From the NCBI RefSeq assembly GCF_004010195.1, contig NC_057718.1:103408733-103446421 (forward strand): a DNA stretch of 37,689 bases, in the 5' to 3' direction. The stretch comes from Chiloscyllium plagiosum (lineage: Eukaryota). Below are positions 9,981-21,492 of the stretch, piece by piece. The translations under genes and the position numbers were made by a program. How positions within the stretch are numbered: position 1 is the stretch's first letter; each line of letters begins with the position of its first letter. The notes beneath the pieces were generated by a model. The model saw only the letters and a program-made list of their open reading frames with translations, was not told the origin of the DNA and ran no database searches.

Positions 9981-11761
9981 CGCAGCTCAAGAAAGAAACG
10001 AAACAAGATGAAGGGCTAATAAACCCCGACAGCAATGGATGGTGGGAATGGGACGTGGAGATTCTCTGAGTAACTCTACTGAACTGCACCAGACTCTGAT
10101 CGAGAGTGAGCTCAGGGGTGAGGCTTTTGATTTATGTCCTTCTGCATTTTTTCTCCCCCCTCTCCCCACAGCTGGGTATCTTATAAAGAGCTGGATAATT
10201 AGACGTTCTTGGGAAACAATACCCAAGACTGCACTCTCTTCTCCTTTCAAGGCAAAATAATTGCAGCTGATAAAAAAACGTCGCTCATATGAGCATCTGT
10301 TGCCTCACCTAATTAGTGAAGAATCTCTCCTTTGTTCCACTCACTCACTGGTCTTCGACCAACCCTTCCCATTCCTTCTAGGCTACTAACTCCATTTTAA
10401 GGCTTGTGTTAGGAAAATGAACTGTGGTGCTGGTGGTCTTGCCATTAAGAAAAGAAATAAGCCGAATGTCTGGAGTTTTTATCACCAGTAACTCATGCTG
10501 CCGAGGGAGCTCAGCACAAAAGCATTCCATTTAACGCTTCTGTCTTTTCCTCCCCTACACTTTATGCAAAGTTTAGGGTCAAACAGAGGTCACCACTATA
10601 CAACCACTGACCTTCCAGTTTCTCAGTAAAGCTTAACAGTCTAAGGTCTGCAAGTTCAAAAAAAAAATCCACATAAAATCTTTCTGCAGAGAGCTTTATG
10701 TGGTGAGGAACCAGAATTTAAAAAAATAGTTTTTGAAAATGCAAACGAGGCAGCATGTCTGAAGGAACATTGAGAGTGTGGACTGATGCAGAAACACAGC
10801 CTCATCCACAACCCACTTGGAGTAAGAGGTCAGGAAAAGTCTGGTCAGAACAGCCAGAACCCATGCAGAGAGTTCAAACTGACTCTCCATTGAAGAAGAA
10901 ACAACTTTGAGTAACTTCCTTGTCCCGCAGCATTGATGTTTCATTTACTTTCACTTCTTTCTTCACCTGAACTGGAGGATGGTAAAGGCATAATTTCCAT
11001 ACATTCAAAGCACTTTGCTCAGAAGCCCACTGTGCATTTATGGGAACATTGTTGGACTGGAACCACAGGTAAGAAATCATTTGAAAATAAGGAACACAGA
11101 AAATAAGGAGAAAGGGTAGGAATGGGTCAAACAGCCCCATTGAGCCTGCTCTGCCATTCAGTCTGGCTGAACTTTACAATGACCCCACTTTCCTGGCCTA
11201 TGCCCTCAGGAATATTGGAACAGGAGGATGCCATTTAACCCCTTCAATCCGTTCAACCATTAAATGAGATGATGAAAAGGAGTCATTCAGTTCTGGTACC
11301 CAATGAATTTAATCTTCTCTGTGCACTAACTTCAATCCCCTTTAATTGGCCTGGATCTTTGCCATTGTAATATTGGTTAAAACTGTGAGCATTCCCTGTC
11401 ATTACAACTGTGCAGCTGACAGTGACTTCCGGAGTCCATGTTTGTGCATTCAAACGCAGAGATCCAGAGTAGGCTGTTGGTAATACCTTCCTTCACCACA
11501 GGGTGCACTGTTCATGTCCCACACTTGTTAATCATGAGAAATTACTTGAAGTGAGAGAATGGCCCTATCAGTTTAAATGTAAAAACTCTGGATATAGTTA
11601 TTATTTCAGTGAGGTGCAACTGGCTTTTTCCAATGTATTAATTTCATAATTACTACTAAGCACCTTCTGTAACCCTGAAAAACTACATTTGTAATTGCAT
11701 GATTTCAAGCTCCCCCATTAAAAAAAGTCCATTATTTTTAAATAATAAAATTATTCAAAAA

Positions 11762-12225
11762 AATTTACAAGGATGTTGCCAGGGTTTGAGGGTTTGAGGT
11801 ATCAGGAGAGGCTGAACAGGCTGGGGCTGTTTTCCCTGGAGTGTCGGAGGCTGAGGGGTGACCTTCTAGAGGTTTATAAAACTATGGGGGGCGTGGATAG
11901 GGTAAATAGGCAAAGTCTTTTACCTTGGGTGGGAGAGTCCATACCTTGAGGGGCATAAATTTAGGATGAGGGGGGAAAAATTAAAAAGGGACCCAAGGGG
12001 CAACTTTTTCATACCGAGGGTAGTGCGTATATGGGACGAGCTGCCAGAGGAAGTGGTGAAGGTTGGTACAATTACAATATTTAAAAGGCATCTATGAATA
12101 GGTAGGGTTTAGAGGGATATGGGTCAAATTCTGACAAATGGGACTAGATTCATTTAGGATATCTGGTTGGCATGGATGAGTTGGACCGGGGGTCTGTTTC
12201 CATGCTGTACTGTGCTATGACTCTG
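11762..12225 (+). mobile_element. CR1/HER1 LINE 3' end
   Basis: Translates FTRMLPGFEGLRYQERLNRLGLFSLECRRLRGDLLEVYK; tail ..ctgtgctatgactct. Confidence 0.92.
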
Positions 12226-12633
12226 TTTAGGATATTTCAGCTTCAGCCCATGTACATCATCCAATCTAAAAACTGCTCCCTGTAAAATTATTAGAATGTG
12301 AAGGATAATCAACGTATTTTGCTTCCTGGTTTGCTGTCTGTGAGATTTCTGCGAAGTGATTAGCTGTTTAGCCTGCTTGATGACATCACTGCTGCCGGAT
12401 GCCTGGAGACCACAATCACTCAGTGCCTGATTGAACCAGGTGCCTGGAAAAGGAAAATCCAACCACAGAGATCACTCAATAGCTCCATGGGCAGTTTTCT
12501 TCAAAGTCAGTTGTGTTCACTGACGTTTCACTGCTGACTGTGAAATGCAGGCAGGTACATTTGTGAAAATTTTTGTTTGCACTATTTTTAAAATAACACA
12601 GACAATAATTCATTCAAATGTATTGATGTTATG

Positions 12634-12905
12634 ACATAGAACATAGAAAAAAAAGCGCAGTACGGGCCCTTTGGCCCTCGATGTTGCGCCGTTCCAAGCC
12701 CACCTAACCTACACTAGCCTACTATCCTCCATATGCCTATCCAATGCCCGTTTAAATGCCCTTAAAGAGGGAGAGTCCACCACTGCTACTGGCAGGGCAT
12801 TCCATGAACTCACGACTCGCTGAGTAAAGAACCTACCCCTAACATCTGTCCTACACCTACCACCCCTTAATTTAAAGCTATGCCCCCTTGTAATAGCTGA
12901 CATCT
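12634..12905 (-). mobile_element. CR1/HER1 LINE 3' end
   Basis: Minus ORF TRGHSFKLRGGRCRTDVRGRFFTQRVVSSWNALP; catagaacatagaa tail. Confidence 0.92.
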
Positions 12906-13234
12906 GAGTGGCAAAGGAAATTAAACCCATAAAAATTATTTGCATAATTTCTCGTGGGGGTTCATTTTAAAAAAAAAACTCTTATTTGAAAAGCAAGCCT
13001 GAAAATGAAGCACCCTCCCATTTCAATTGTCCATGTTGACTGTATTAAAACATTGTGCATGGTTTTATTAAAAACACAACATACACATTGGAGATCGGCT
13101 CTTGCATTGTCACAATTGGGCAGAAGAATGCATTTGCTTATACACAGAGACAGAGGGAGAATGGCAAACTCAGCTGAGCAGGTTTAGTCCCCTTTGGGTA
13201 GAGGTATTGGTCCAAGCATGTACAATTTTGTCAT

Positions 13235-13390
13235 CTAAGAAACATTTTGACAGGTACAGAGATGCGATAGGTATGGAGGGATATGAACCAAACGCAGGCC
13301 AACGGGACTAGCTTAATTGTGAAAACTGGGCAACAGGGATAGGTTGGGCCAAAAGTCCTCTTACCACGCTGTAGACCTCTATGACTCTAC
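13235..13390 (+). mobile_element. CR1/HER1 3' tail
   Basis: ..ggagggatatgaaccaaacgcagg..ctgtagacctctatgactcta. Confidence 0.8.
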
Positions 13391-13555
13391 ATCTCTGCGC
13401 CACACTATCTAGACAGATGAACGAACCAACCCATTCACTTATTCAAATTAATGTACGCTTTACATAGGAGTGTGGAATCTAAAGGGGAGACATTTAAAGA
13501 ACAACAATAAAAAGGGGAATAGTGGATCAGGAAGACCACATGATCAAGAAGGATA

Positions 13556-14293
13556 TTATAGAATCCCTACAGTGTGGAAGCAGGCTGGTCACACTGTGTG
13601 GAGTCCACACTGCACCACCGAAAAGCATTGCAGCCAGACCCACACCTCCTCCCCTATAACCCTGCATTTACTGTACCTTGCCTGCACATCTCTGCACACT
13701 ATTGGCAATTTAGCAATAGAAGGGCGGCAACAGTCTAATGCTATTATCATTAGACTATTAATGTAGAACTCAGTTAATGTTCTGGGGACCTGCGTTCAAG
13801 CCCAGCCATGGCAGATGGTGGAATTTGAATTCAATAATAATCTGAAATTAAGAATCTACTGATGACCATGAAACTATTGTTGACTGTTAGAAAAACCATC
13901 TGATTCACTAATGTTCTTCAGCGATGGAAACTTCCAACCTTATCTGGTCAGGCTTACATGTGACTCCAGACCCACAGCAATGTGGTTGACTCTCAATTGA
14001 CCTCTGAAATAGCCTAGCAAGCCACTCAGTTCAAGGGCAGCTGGGCATGGGACAATAAATGCTAGTCAGCCAGAGACACCCACATCCCATGAGTGAATTT
14101 AAAAAAAGCATGATCAGTCCACTTTAACTTGTATATCTTTGGACTGTGGGAGGAAACTGGAGCACCTGGAGGAAACCCACATGGACACAGGGAGAATGTG
14201 CAAACTCCACACAGACAGTCACGCGAGGCTGGAACTGAATCTGAGTCCCTGGCGCTGTGAGGCAGCAGTGCTAGCCACTAAGCCACCGTGCCG
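13556..14293 (-). mobile_element. HE1-type SINE split by a nested SINE (tail 13556-13715, head 14108-14293)
   Basis: Reverse-complement match to 5219-5470 (tagaatccctacagtgtgg..; ctttggactgtgggaggaaac..gccaccgtgcc). Confidence 0.85.
13720..14107 (+). mobile_element. Near full-length tRNA-derived SINE whose tail matches the CR1/L2-group LINE
   Basis: B box gcgttcaagccc; tail gggacaataaatgctagtcagccagagacacccacatccc matches LINE tails at 27815-27880 and 36295-36345; A-rich end. Confidence 0.8.
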
Positions 14294-14530
14294 AGTTATG
14301 AGGGGAAAAGAAACAGTTTAGAGTTTTAATGTCAAACCTGTACTGTCTGAGGATGTTGTTGGTGCAGTTTCAGTCAAGTGGTTAGGGTGTGGAATGTACT
14401 GTCTGAGAGTGTGTGGGAGGCAGGTTCACTCAGAAGGGAGTTACACTTCTATTTTTAAAGTACAAATGGTAGGGAGGAAGAGATTGAGAATGGCATTTGA
14501 TGAGCTCCTTGCCTGGAGAGTCCATACAGA

Positions 14531-14767
14531 CATGCTGACTTGCGTAGATTCTCAGCACCATTTCAGCAATAAAACAGAGTTGAGGGAACTGTGGAGCAGC
14601 AGTGAATGCTCTCAGCCTGATTAATAAAGGAAAGACAACAACTTGGAAGCATGGAGTCTACAATGGATTATTGGGAGATTATTAGACGTAAAGACAGTGG
14701 CTTTTTTCTTTCTCTGTTTTTGATTGTGGACAGCAGTGGGAAATGAACTGTTTTTAAAGACCAAAGA
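14531..14767 (+). repeat. Left arm of a 237-bp inverted repeat
   Basis: Near-perfect reverse complement of 15969-16205. Confidence 0.95.
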
Positions 14768-14807
14768 CCATACAGTATCCATTCTGTGATTCAGCCACTG
14801 ATGATAG

Positions 14808-16000
14808 TGTAATGCGGGGAAAGGGAAGCAAAATGTTTAAATTAAAGATGTGATTGAAACCCGTATGTGTGCAGTCACTCCGGAGGGAATTGAAGTGACA
14901 GTGTTGGGCATGGCTAAATCTCAGCTCAGAACACTGAAAATCAAGTTAATTCCTGAGTTGTCATAAATGTTAACTATTTTTAAAATGTAAGCAGAATTCC
15001 TCAGTTACCCTAGGAGAAAGTGAGGACTGCAGATGCTGGAGATCAGAGTCGAGAGTGTGGTGCTAGAAAAGCACAGCAGGTCAGGCAGCATTCAAGCAGC
15101 AGGAGAATCGATGTTTCGGGTCTAAGCCCTTCCTGATGAAGGGCTTACACCTGAACCGTCGATTCTCCTGCTCCTTGGATGCTCCTCAGTTACTCTGTCT
15201 TTTAGACCAGTATGAGTGAAAGCACAGACCATGTTTCTGTATTCAACATTAATTACTATTGATTACAAATAAATAGATTCTAGCTACAGGTAAACAATTA
15301 TGTAAGGCTGGTATATAACTTCACGAGTTAAAACCCTAATTTACTTACAAATTCCCCTCTACACACATTGACAGATACAGGCAGGAAGTAAGACCAAGGG
15401 TGGTATGGGGAGAGGGAAAGACTGTGAAGATGGTTCTTTGATCCCTGACCACGGGGTTGACTGAAGTGATCCTTGTGGTGCTTTTCAGTCATCATTCTTC
15501 AGATGCTTTCGCTAGTTTGCGGGAGGCAAAGGGTGATTGCTTCATATTTATAAAGATTATGATTTGTTAATGAAAAGTGACAGCTTACTGCAACTGCTGA
15601 AGGACAAATAAACTGGTGTTCTTCAGCTTGAGTCATTTTTCCTGCCACAGTAAAACAGAGAGATTTCCTAAGCTGGTGGTGGTCTGAAAGCTTCTCTGTA
15701 TCTATTTCACAGCCCCCAAGCTGTACAGTTACCTGGGAGCCAATCATATAGCTGTTGGCAGGCAGAATGCCTTTGTTATTGAGAACTGGTCACTCGGCCA
15801 CAGACCAATCAAGCTCCTGTCGCTGGTTGAATCCCTGTTTGTGCACAGCCCTTGGCTCCAGTTCGTCTGCAAACCATCCACTGCTACTTGAACCAGCAGC
15901 TGCATAAACAGCACTCACAATGAGGGTCAGCTTATCTGCTTTCCAAAAGGTGTGGCAATTCCTCAACATCTTTGGTCTTTGAAAACAGTTAGTTTCCCAC
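14808..16000 (-). mobile_element. Solo-LTR-like element (same family as 3474-4938), in MEIS sense orientation
   Basis: Colinear reverse-complement homology (aaagcacagacca, aaatagatt, gttaaaac, cctgggagccaatca, gaccaatca); tgtaatg terminus at 14808. Confidence 0.55.
15009..15182. mobile_element. PLE palindromic remnant (family C) with 11-bp target-site duplication
   Basis: TSD tcctcagttac at 14998-15008 and 15183-15193; ctgatga-agggc..gaaccgtc motif at 15133. Confidence 0.85.
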
Positions 16001-16205
16001 TGCAGTCCACAATCAAAAACAGAGAGAGAGAAAAGCCACTGTCTTTACATTTACTAATCTCCCAATAATCCATTGTAGACTCCATGCTTCCAAGTTGTTG
16101 TCTTTCCTTTATTAATCAGGCTGAGAGCATTCACTGCTGCTCCACAGTTCCCTCAACTCTGTTTTATTGCTGAAATGGTGCTGAGAATCTACACAAGTCA
16201 GCATG
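15969..16205 (-). repeat. Right arm of the 237-bp inverted repeat
   Basis: Reverse complement of 14531-14767. Confidence 0.95.
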
Positions 16206-19200
16206 ATGCTCCAGCTCCTCTCCATCAAGCACCAGTCTCACAAAACAAAATCTCTCTGTGACTCCCCACAGGGTGAAACACGAGAGATATTTCATCCTGA
16301 CTGACGCCCCTCTCAGGCTGCCCCTCAATGTAGTTCACCGATTAACCTCATGACACAACGAGTTTAAGAGAAAGAGTCTTTTCAAAAAGCGACTCTTTCG
16401 GTGAAATAAATAATAGTTAAAGCTTTCACTTTGTTGATAAGTGCAAGAGTTCAGACTGGAAAAGTAACTCTGATGATTTTCATATTTCATCCGTTTTGAA
16501 CGGCGAATGAACTATTTTGAAATTAGTTGTGCTTGGATATAAAATCTCACTGGGCAACGATCAGGCAGTGATCATAAAGGGGGTCAGCCAGTAATCTAAA
16601 AGTCACCAGTCTACAATCTTAAAGAGACTGGACAGAGACCTTAAGGGGGCCACTCAGCCATCTTAAAGGAGCCACTCAGCAATCTTAAAGGGGTGGTGCA
16701 GTCTAACAAACAGATTGCACACAGAGTGAAGAAATATGCAGGCCTAAATTGCTTTGAAGCTCTCACACACAGTTCCCTACTTTATAGACAGCAATTCTCA
16801 AAATGATCAGAACATTTTTCCCTTAGTGTTTTCTTCAGAAACAGAGCTCTTTGCAAGAAACTCTGATACTTATAGTATCTAAGGTCAGTAAAAGGTTGGC
16901 TAATACTTTCCTGCAATTAGAATCACAGGTGTAAAACATTCAGTGCCTGAATGAGCCAATTAATGTTTTTTTTTTAAAAACTGCTTCATTAGCTCCTTTT
17001 GTTCCATAGCAAATCAGCATTAGAAAACTAAACTAAGTATGCCAGGGAGGAATTAGGCCGAGGATGGTGAAGGTTATCAGTATTGTGTCTTTCTGAAAGC
17101 GTTTTCTGCAATCAAGGGAGTTAATGGCCTTTCATCTTTGCAAACCTACCAGCCAACATTCCTCATCTGTGCCCACACACTGAATCCTCCCCATCCCCTT
17201 CCAAGATCCAGTGACTCTTCAGAATTCCTCTCCTAGCAGGAAGCCAGCACAACTAAAAGGTTTCCTGCAAATCTCTGAAACCAAAGCACAACTGTCGCTA
17301 TTTTCTACAACACTTTACTGATTCTTTCATCCTGCAGAATGCAATTACCCTGTGAATGAAAAGGACAATGTGCTTTTTAAGGGATGGTGCAGTGCATTCG
17401 ACGCCACAACAGTCTGTCCCACTCGCAAATGCAGAAGGCAGGACAAGAGGTTACAGCCACTTTTTCTCTTTTTAATGTTGAGCAGTGACTTGTTTTCGAT
17501 ATCCTCAGATGAAGCTGTAGTAGAGCAACAATGGACAGAGCAAACACAAGGAGGCATGACTTCTCCCACTGGGTGAATATTCTGCAATCACATTTCCCCG
17601 CATCCGTTAAATCAATAACTTATCTTGGTGGGCTGTGTTTATTTTGTAAGAACCCATTGGGATCACATCTACCTCCGCAATGTGTAGGCTACAGCAAAAG
17701 GCTTAAAGGCTGCTCAACGTAATGCAGCAACAGAATGCTTTTGCTCCACCCACCAGGGTCAAGCTGAGGTCAACTTCTCATCCCTATTTTAAGTCTTTAA
17801 ATAAATTGGTCCAGCTGCTTGTATCTGCAGACCTCCTTCGTCCTCCATCTTTGTCTCACATCTCTTCAAATGCAGTCCCTAACATACCAACTCCCACCAA
17901 ATTAAACCATCCACAAAGTGACCAGTCCCCCAAATGCTGCAGCCCAGTCACAGCAATACACACAGGTTGCAACCACACATCAGCAACCACTAGAACCCCT
18001 TTATTGTTCCTGCAAGTATTTCCACCTTCATTAAAAGTTAGCTAAAAAAGGAATAAAACACCATGGTAAAACATCTTTGGGGTTCGGCAGAACTCTGTTA
18101 TCTTCCTGTTTGAGAAACATAATTACACGGAGCTGGGATTACTTGGAAGCTTGACTTCATTGTAAATGGAGCTCTTACTTTGATCTACATAAGTTGTTTG
18201 TTATACTTATCATTTTATTACGAATTGCAGATATAAAGTACAATCACATGCAGCAGCTGAGAATCAAGTCTCTAGCATTTCTTTTCTGCTGTTACTCCAA
18301 AACCTAAATGAACATTTGTCTCACTTTCTTGATCATGGCAATAACACTCCTGTAATGTCCCTATCTCAAAGTCAGGAGCTCTGGATCCAAGTCCCACCTA
18401 CTCCAGGGGTGTGTCATAACATCTCTGGACAAATTGGTCAAAAATATCTCACACTCGGACCTGTGTAGCATCTTATTCAATTGAAATGTGTCAGATATTT
18501 TTCATCAGATGAATTACTCCTTTTGTTTGAAAGTCCAATAGACTGCTTTGTATACTTGGCTATTCCCATCAGCAACAACCACAAATTGTGATTGAATGAA
18601 TAACCTGTTCATATTGTTTCCAGTTGCCCTGAGAAGAGGAAATTTCTGAGAAAGCTTGGCCTTCTGAACACTAGCATGGGATCTTTAAGATCCACTTGCT
18701 TCCAAGTAGACCCCAGATCATTGTTCGATGCCTAATGAAGGGCTCACCTCCAAATATGGAGCAGTCCTTCAGCTCTGCACTGGGGCAGGGTCAAGTGAAG
18801 TCAATTGATCTTTGACTAACAGCACACAGGGATTTGGTAAATGTGGCCATTTCACTGACTGATTGTATGACGTTTGGTGAAGCCTAAACAAAACTCAAAA
18901 GATCTAACAGACACACTACTAGAGCAACAAAGGACCACACAAATCCCAGTGTCAGCAACAGGATCTGTACTTTCACAGTATGAGTTCTGCATTGAGGCAA
19001 CAGTTGTAGCTACTTAGCAAAGCAAAGAATTTCCTTTTAAGTCCTGCGATATTTCACAAAGATTACCTTTCTCAGCCAATAGTTTACATAAGGATTGTTG
19101 CTTCCAACAGGCATGTCTTCCTCCACTTACAAAGAAAGATCTGAGTAGACTGTCAGTTGGAGAATTACCACTCTCATTTTAATCAAGTGGACATTTGGTG

Positions 19201-19314
19201 CGATAATCCAATTATCTGGCTAAACAATTTGTTTCTTCTTCCTTTAAAACCTTTAATGCTCCAACAGAATGAGACAGATTGCTTAATTTTAGCAGAACTT
19301 GCCATTGTTGATCT

Positions 19315-19570
19315 TTTTTATTCATTGATGAGGGTCTCACTTCTCCATCCCTAATTGCCCAACAGCAGATTTCCTTCCCTGAAGGCGATTAGTGAACCCG
19401 ATGGGCTTTAACAACAAACTACAGAGGTAATAGGGTTGCCTGCAATTTAATTGCAAACGTTTTTGAAAAAAGTAGAATTCTTATCTCACCAACTGCGATG
19501 GTGGGATTTAAACACACATCTCCATGCGTCATGAATTAGTTGCTCATTTTAACATCACACCACCTCCTCC
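19315..19570 (-). mobile_element. Degenerate SINE (13720 family)
   Basis: ccatccctaattgccc, gcagatttccttccctgaagg..agtgaacccgatggg, gtgggatttaaac. Confidence 0.65.
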
Positions 19571-20321
19571 CTTGAATTAGCTCATGCTTGTCTCAACTAG
19601 GAGATTTCTACCACCAATACAAAAAGAAACATTTAAATTGGCACAAGGTGAAGCAAGTTTGGTGTTTAATGGTTTAAAACTGCATTCTGCAATATTATAG
19701 TGAGGCATTTCCTTCAGAGTCAATTCTGCCACAGCCAGAGCAATAAACAGTGCTCCAGAAACACTGGGCTGAACTACAGCACCTTACAACCACAGCGATG
19801 AGGTTCAGTTGAGATATTAAAACTCTACAAGTCTCACAACAAGTCTCACACCCACCCCGAAAGCCACCCTCTTAAAGGTTTAACAAAGATGAGTAGAGGA
19901 ACAGAGGGTCAAGGTCCAGTAAGCAGGTTGGCTGGAGGAGGTTCAGAAATGATTTACCAGGATGTTGTTGGGAATGGAGGGTTTGAATCGTAAGGATAGG
20001 CTGGGAGTTTTTCACTGAAACGTAGGAGGTTGAAGGGTGACCTTACCGAGGTTTATAAAATCATGACGGGCAAGGAAAAGGTGAATGGAAGATGTCTTTG
20101 CCCTTGACTGGAGGATTTCAAGACTAGGGGACATATTGTTAAGCTGAGAGGAGAAAGATTTAAAATGAACAAGAGGGGTAATTTTTTTTACACACTGAGT
20201 GGTTCGTGTGTGGAATGAACTTCCAAAGGAACTGATGGAAGCAGGGACAGTTTAAAATGTTTACAGTACATTTGGATAAGTCCATGAATAGGAAAGGTTT
20301 GGAGGAATATGGGCCAAGCAC

Positions 20322-20572
20322 AGACTGCAGATGGTGGAGATTAGAGTCAAGATTAGAGGGGGGTATTGGAAAAGCACAGGTTAGGCAGCATCCGAGAAGC
20401 AGGAAAATCGACGTTTCGGGCAAAAGCCCTTCCTCAGGAATGAGGAAATGAGGAAACTGAGGAAGTCCACATTGATGCCCTGGGGTTGAAGTGTTCCGAG
20501 GCGGAAGATGAGGCGTTCTTCCTCCAGGCGTCGGATGGTGAGGGAGCGGCGGTGGAGGAGGCCCAGGACCTG
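20322..20572 (-). mobile_element. Penelope-like element 3' fragment (family C): GIY-YIG domain C-terminus plus hammerhead motif
   Basis: Minus strand translates QVLGLLHRRSLTIRRLEEERLIFRLGTLQPQGINVDF (PLE R..E..I..L.T..P.G.N motif), followed by CTGAGGA-AGGGC-TTTT-GCCC-GAAACGTC. Confidence 0.88.
20405..20442 (-). ncRNA. Minimal type I hammerhead ribozyme motif, core intact; activity untested
   Basis: CUGAGGA fits CUGANGA; stem II GGGC/GCCC; GAAA; palindromic ACGU; GUC triplet. Stem I is weak. Confidence 0.55.
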
Positions 20573-21377
20573 CCAAATGCAGTCAGGTGGGACTAGTTTA
20601 GTTTGGGAATATGGTCAGCATGGACTAGTTGGGCTGAAGGATCTGTTTCTGTGCTGTAGAACTCTATGGCTACTTAAATATTCTAATTATTCTACCATCC
20701 TATGATATACCCTGCTGTGCACATAAAACTAGACAACGCAATTCAATTATTGACTGGGGTGCTGGGAAACTTATTAGTAATACAAATAAACCTACTCAGG
20801 CTCTAATTTCCATTTTTTCTGTATAGAGGGTCAACGACATAGATTTCTGGTTAACAGACAGATATCCCTCTCAACCTCATGAAAATATAATCCATCAAAA
20901 GCCTGACTTTTAAAATACAAGATCATTTGCCAGTTGTACCCGTGTTTTGTGGTGTGGTGTCTTTTGTTTATAGGCTGGTGAGCTTTTTAAGTCACTTCCA
21001 CAACATCACCACAGCAATCACTGGGATTCTAGCCACTGTTTCACCTTCTTCAGCCTTGGGATATGTTAAAAGATGATGGACCCTCAATCCAAGACAGAAT
21101 TTGCCTCTGCTCACAATCTTTGGTATGGCAGAGACTTGCTTTTCAAAACAAATGTCCCTGTAAGTCTCTACAAGGAAGGTAAACCAACCTGAATATCCAG
21201 TGCAAGCATTGCTCATTGACAATCTGGCTCAACAGGACAAGACCCAACCTGCCAGCTCCCTTTTCGCTTTCTTTTCTGAAGAAAGAGTGCTCTGTTGCCA
21301 GATTAAGCCTCCACCCAACAACACAGAGAACTGCAGGTTAAACTAGTCCAGTGTCAAGTAAGGCTGAACTCAAAATA

Positions 21378-21492
21378 TGGAGATGCCAGTGTTGGACTGG
21401 GGTGTACGAAGTTAAAAATCACACAACGCCAGGTTATAGTCCAACAGTTTTAATTGGAAGCACTAGCTTTCAGAGTGCTGCCCCTTCATCAT
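21378..21492 (-). mobile_element. PLE family B half element
   Basis: Matches the left arm of 23485-23698. Confidence 0.8.

Larger units (their letters stand above)
19935..20670 (+). mobile_element. CR1/HER1 LINE 3' end interrupted by a PLE
   Basis: FTRMLLGMEGL..RRRLKGDLTEVYKI motif; the 3'UTR resumes at about 20573. Confidence 0.88.

Noticed and set aside
9945..10006. N-terminus MFRFFLELRQSNLSFLLLFH of ORF 9797..10006
   Set aside because: It is the translated polypyrimidine tract; MEIS similarity begins at the AG acceptor.
20160..20576. Pro-rich 138-aa ORF
   Set aside because: Off-frame reading of a PLE fragment joined to antisense CR1 sequence.
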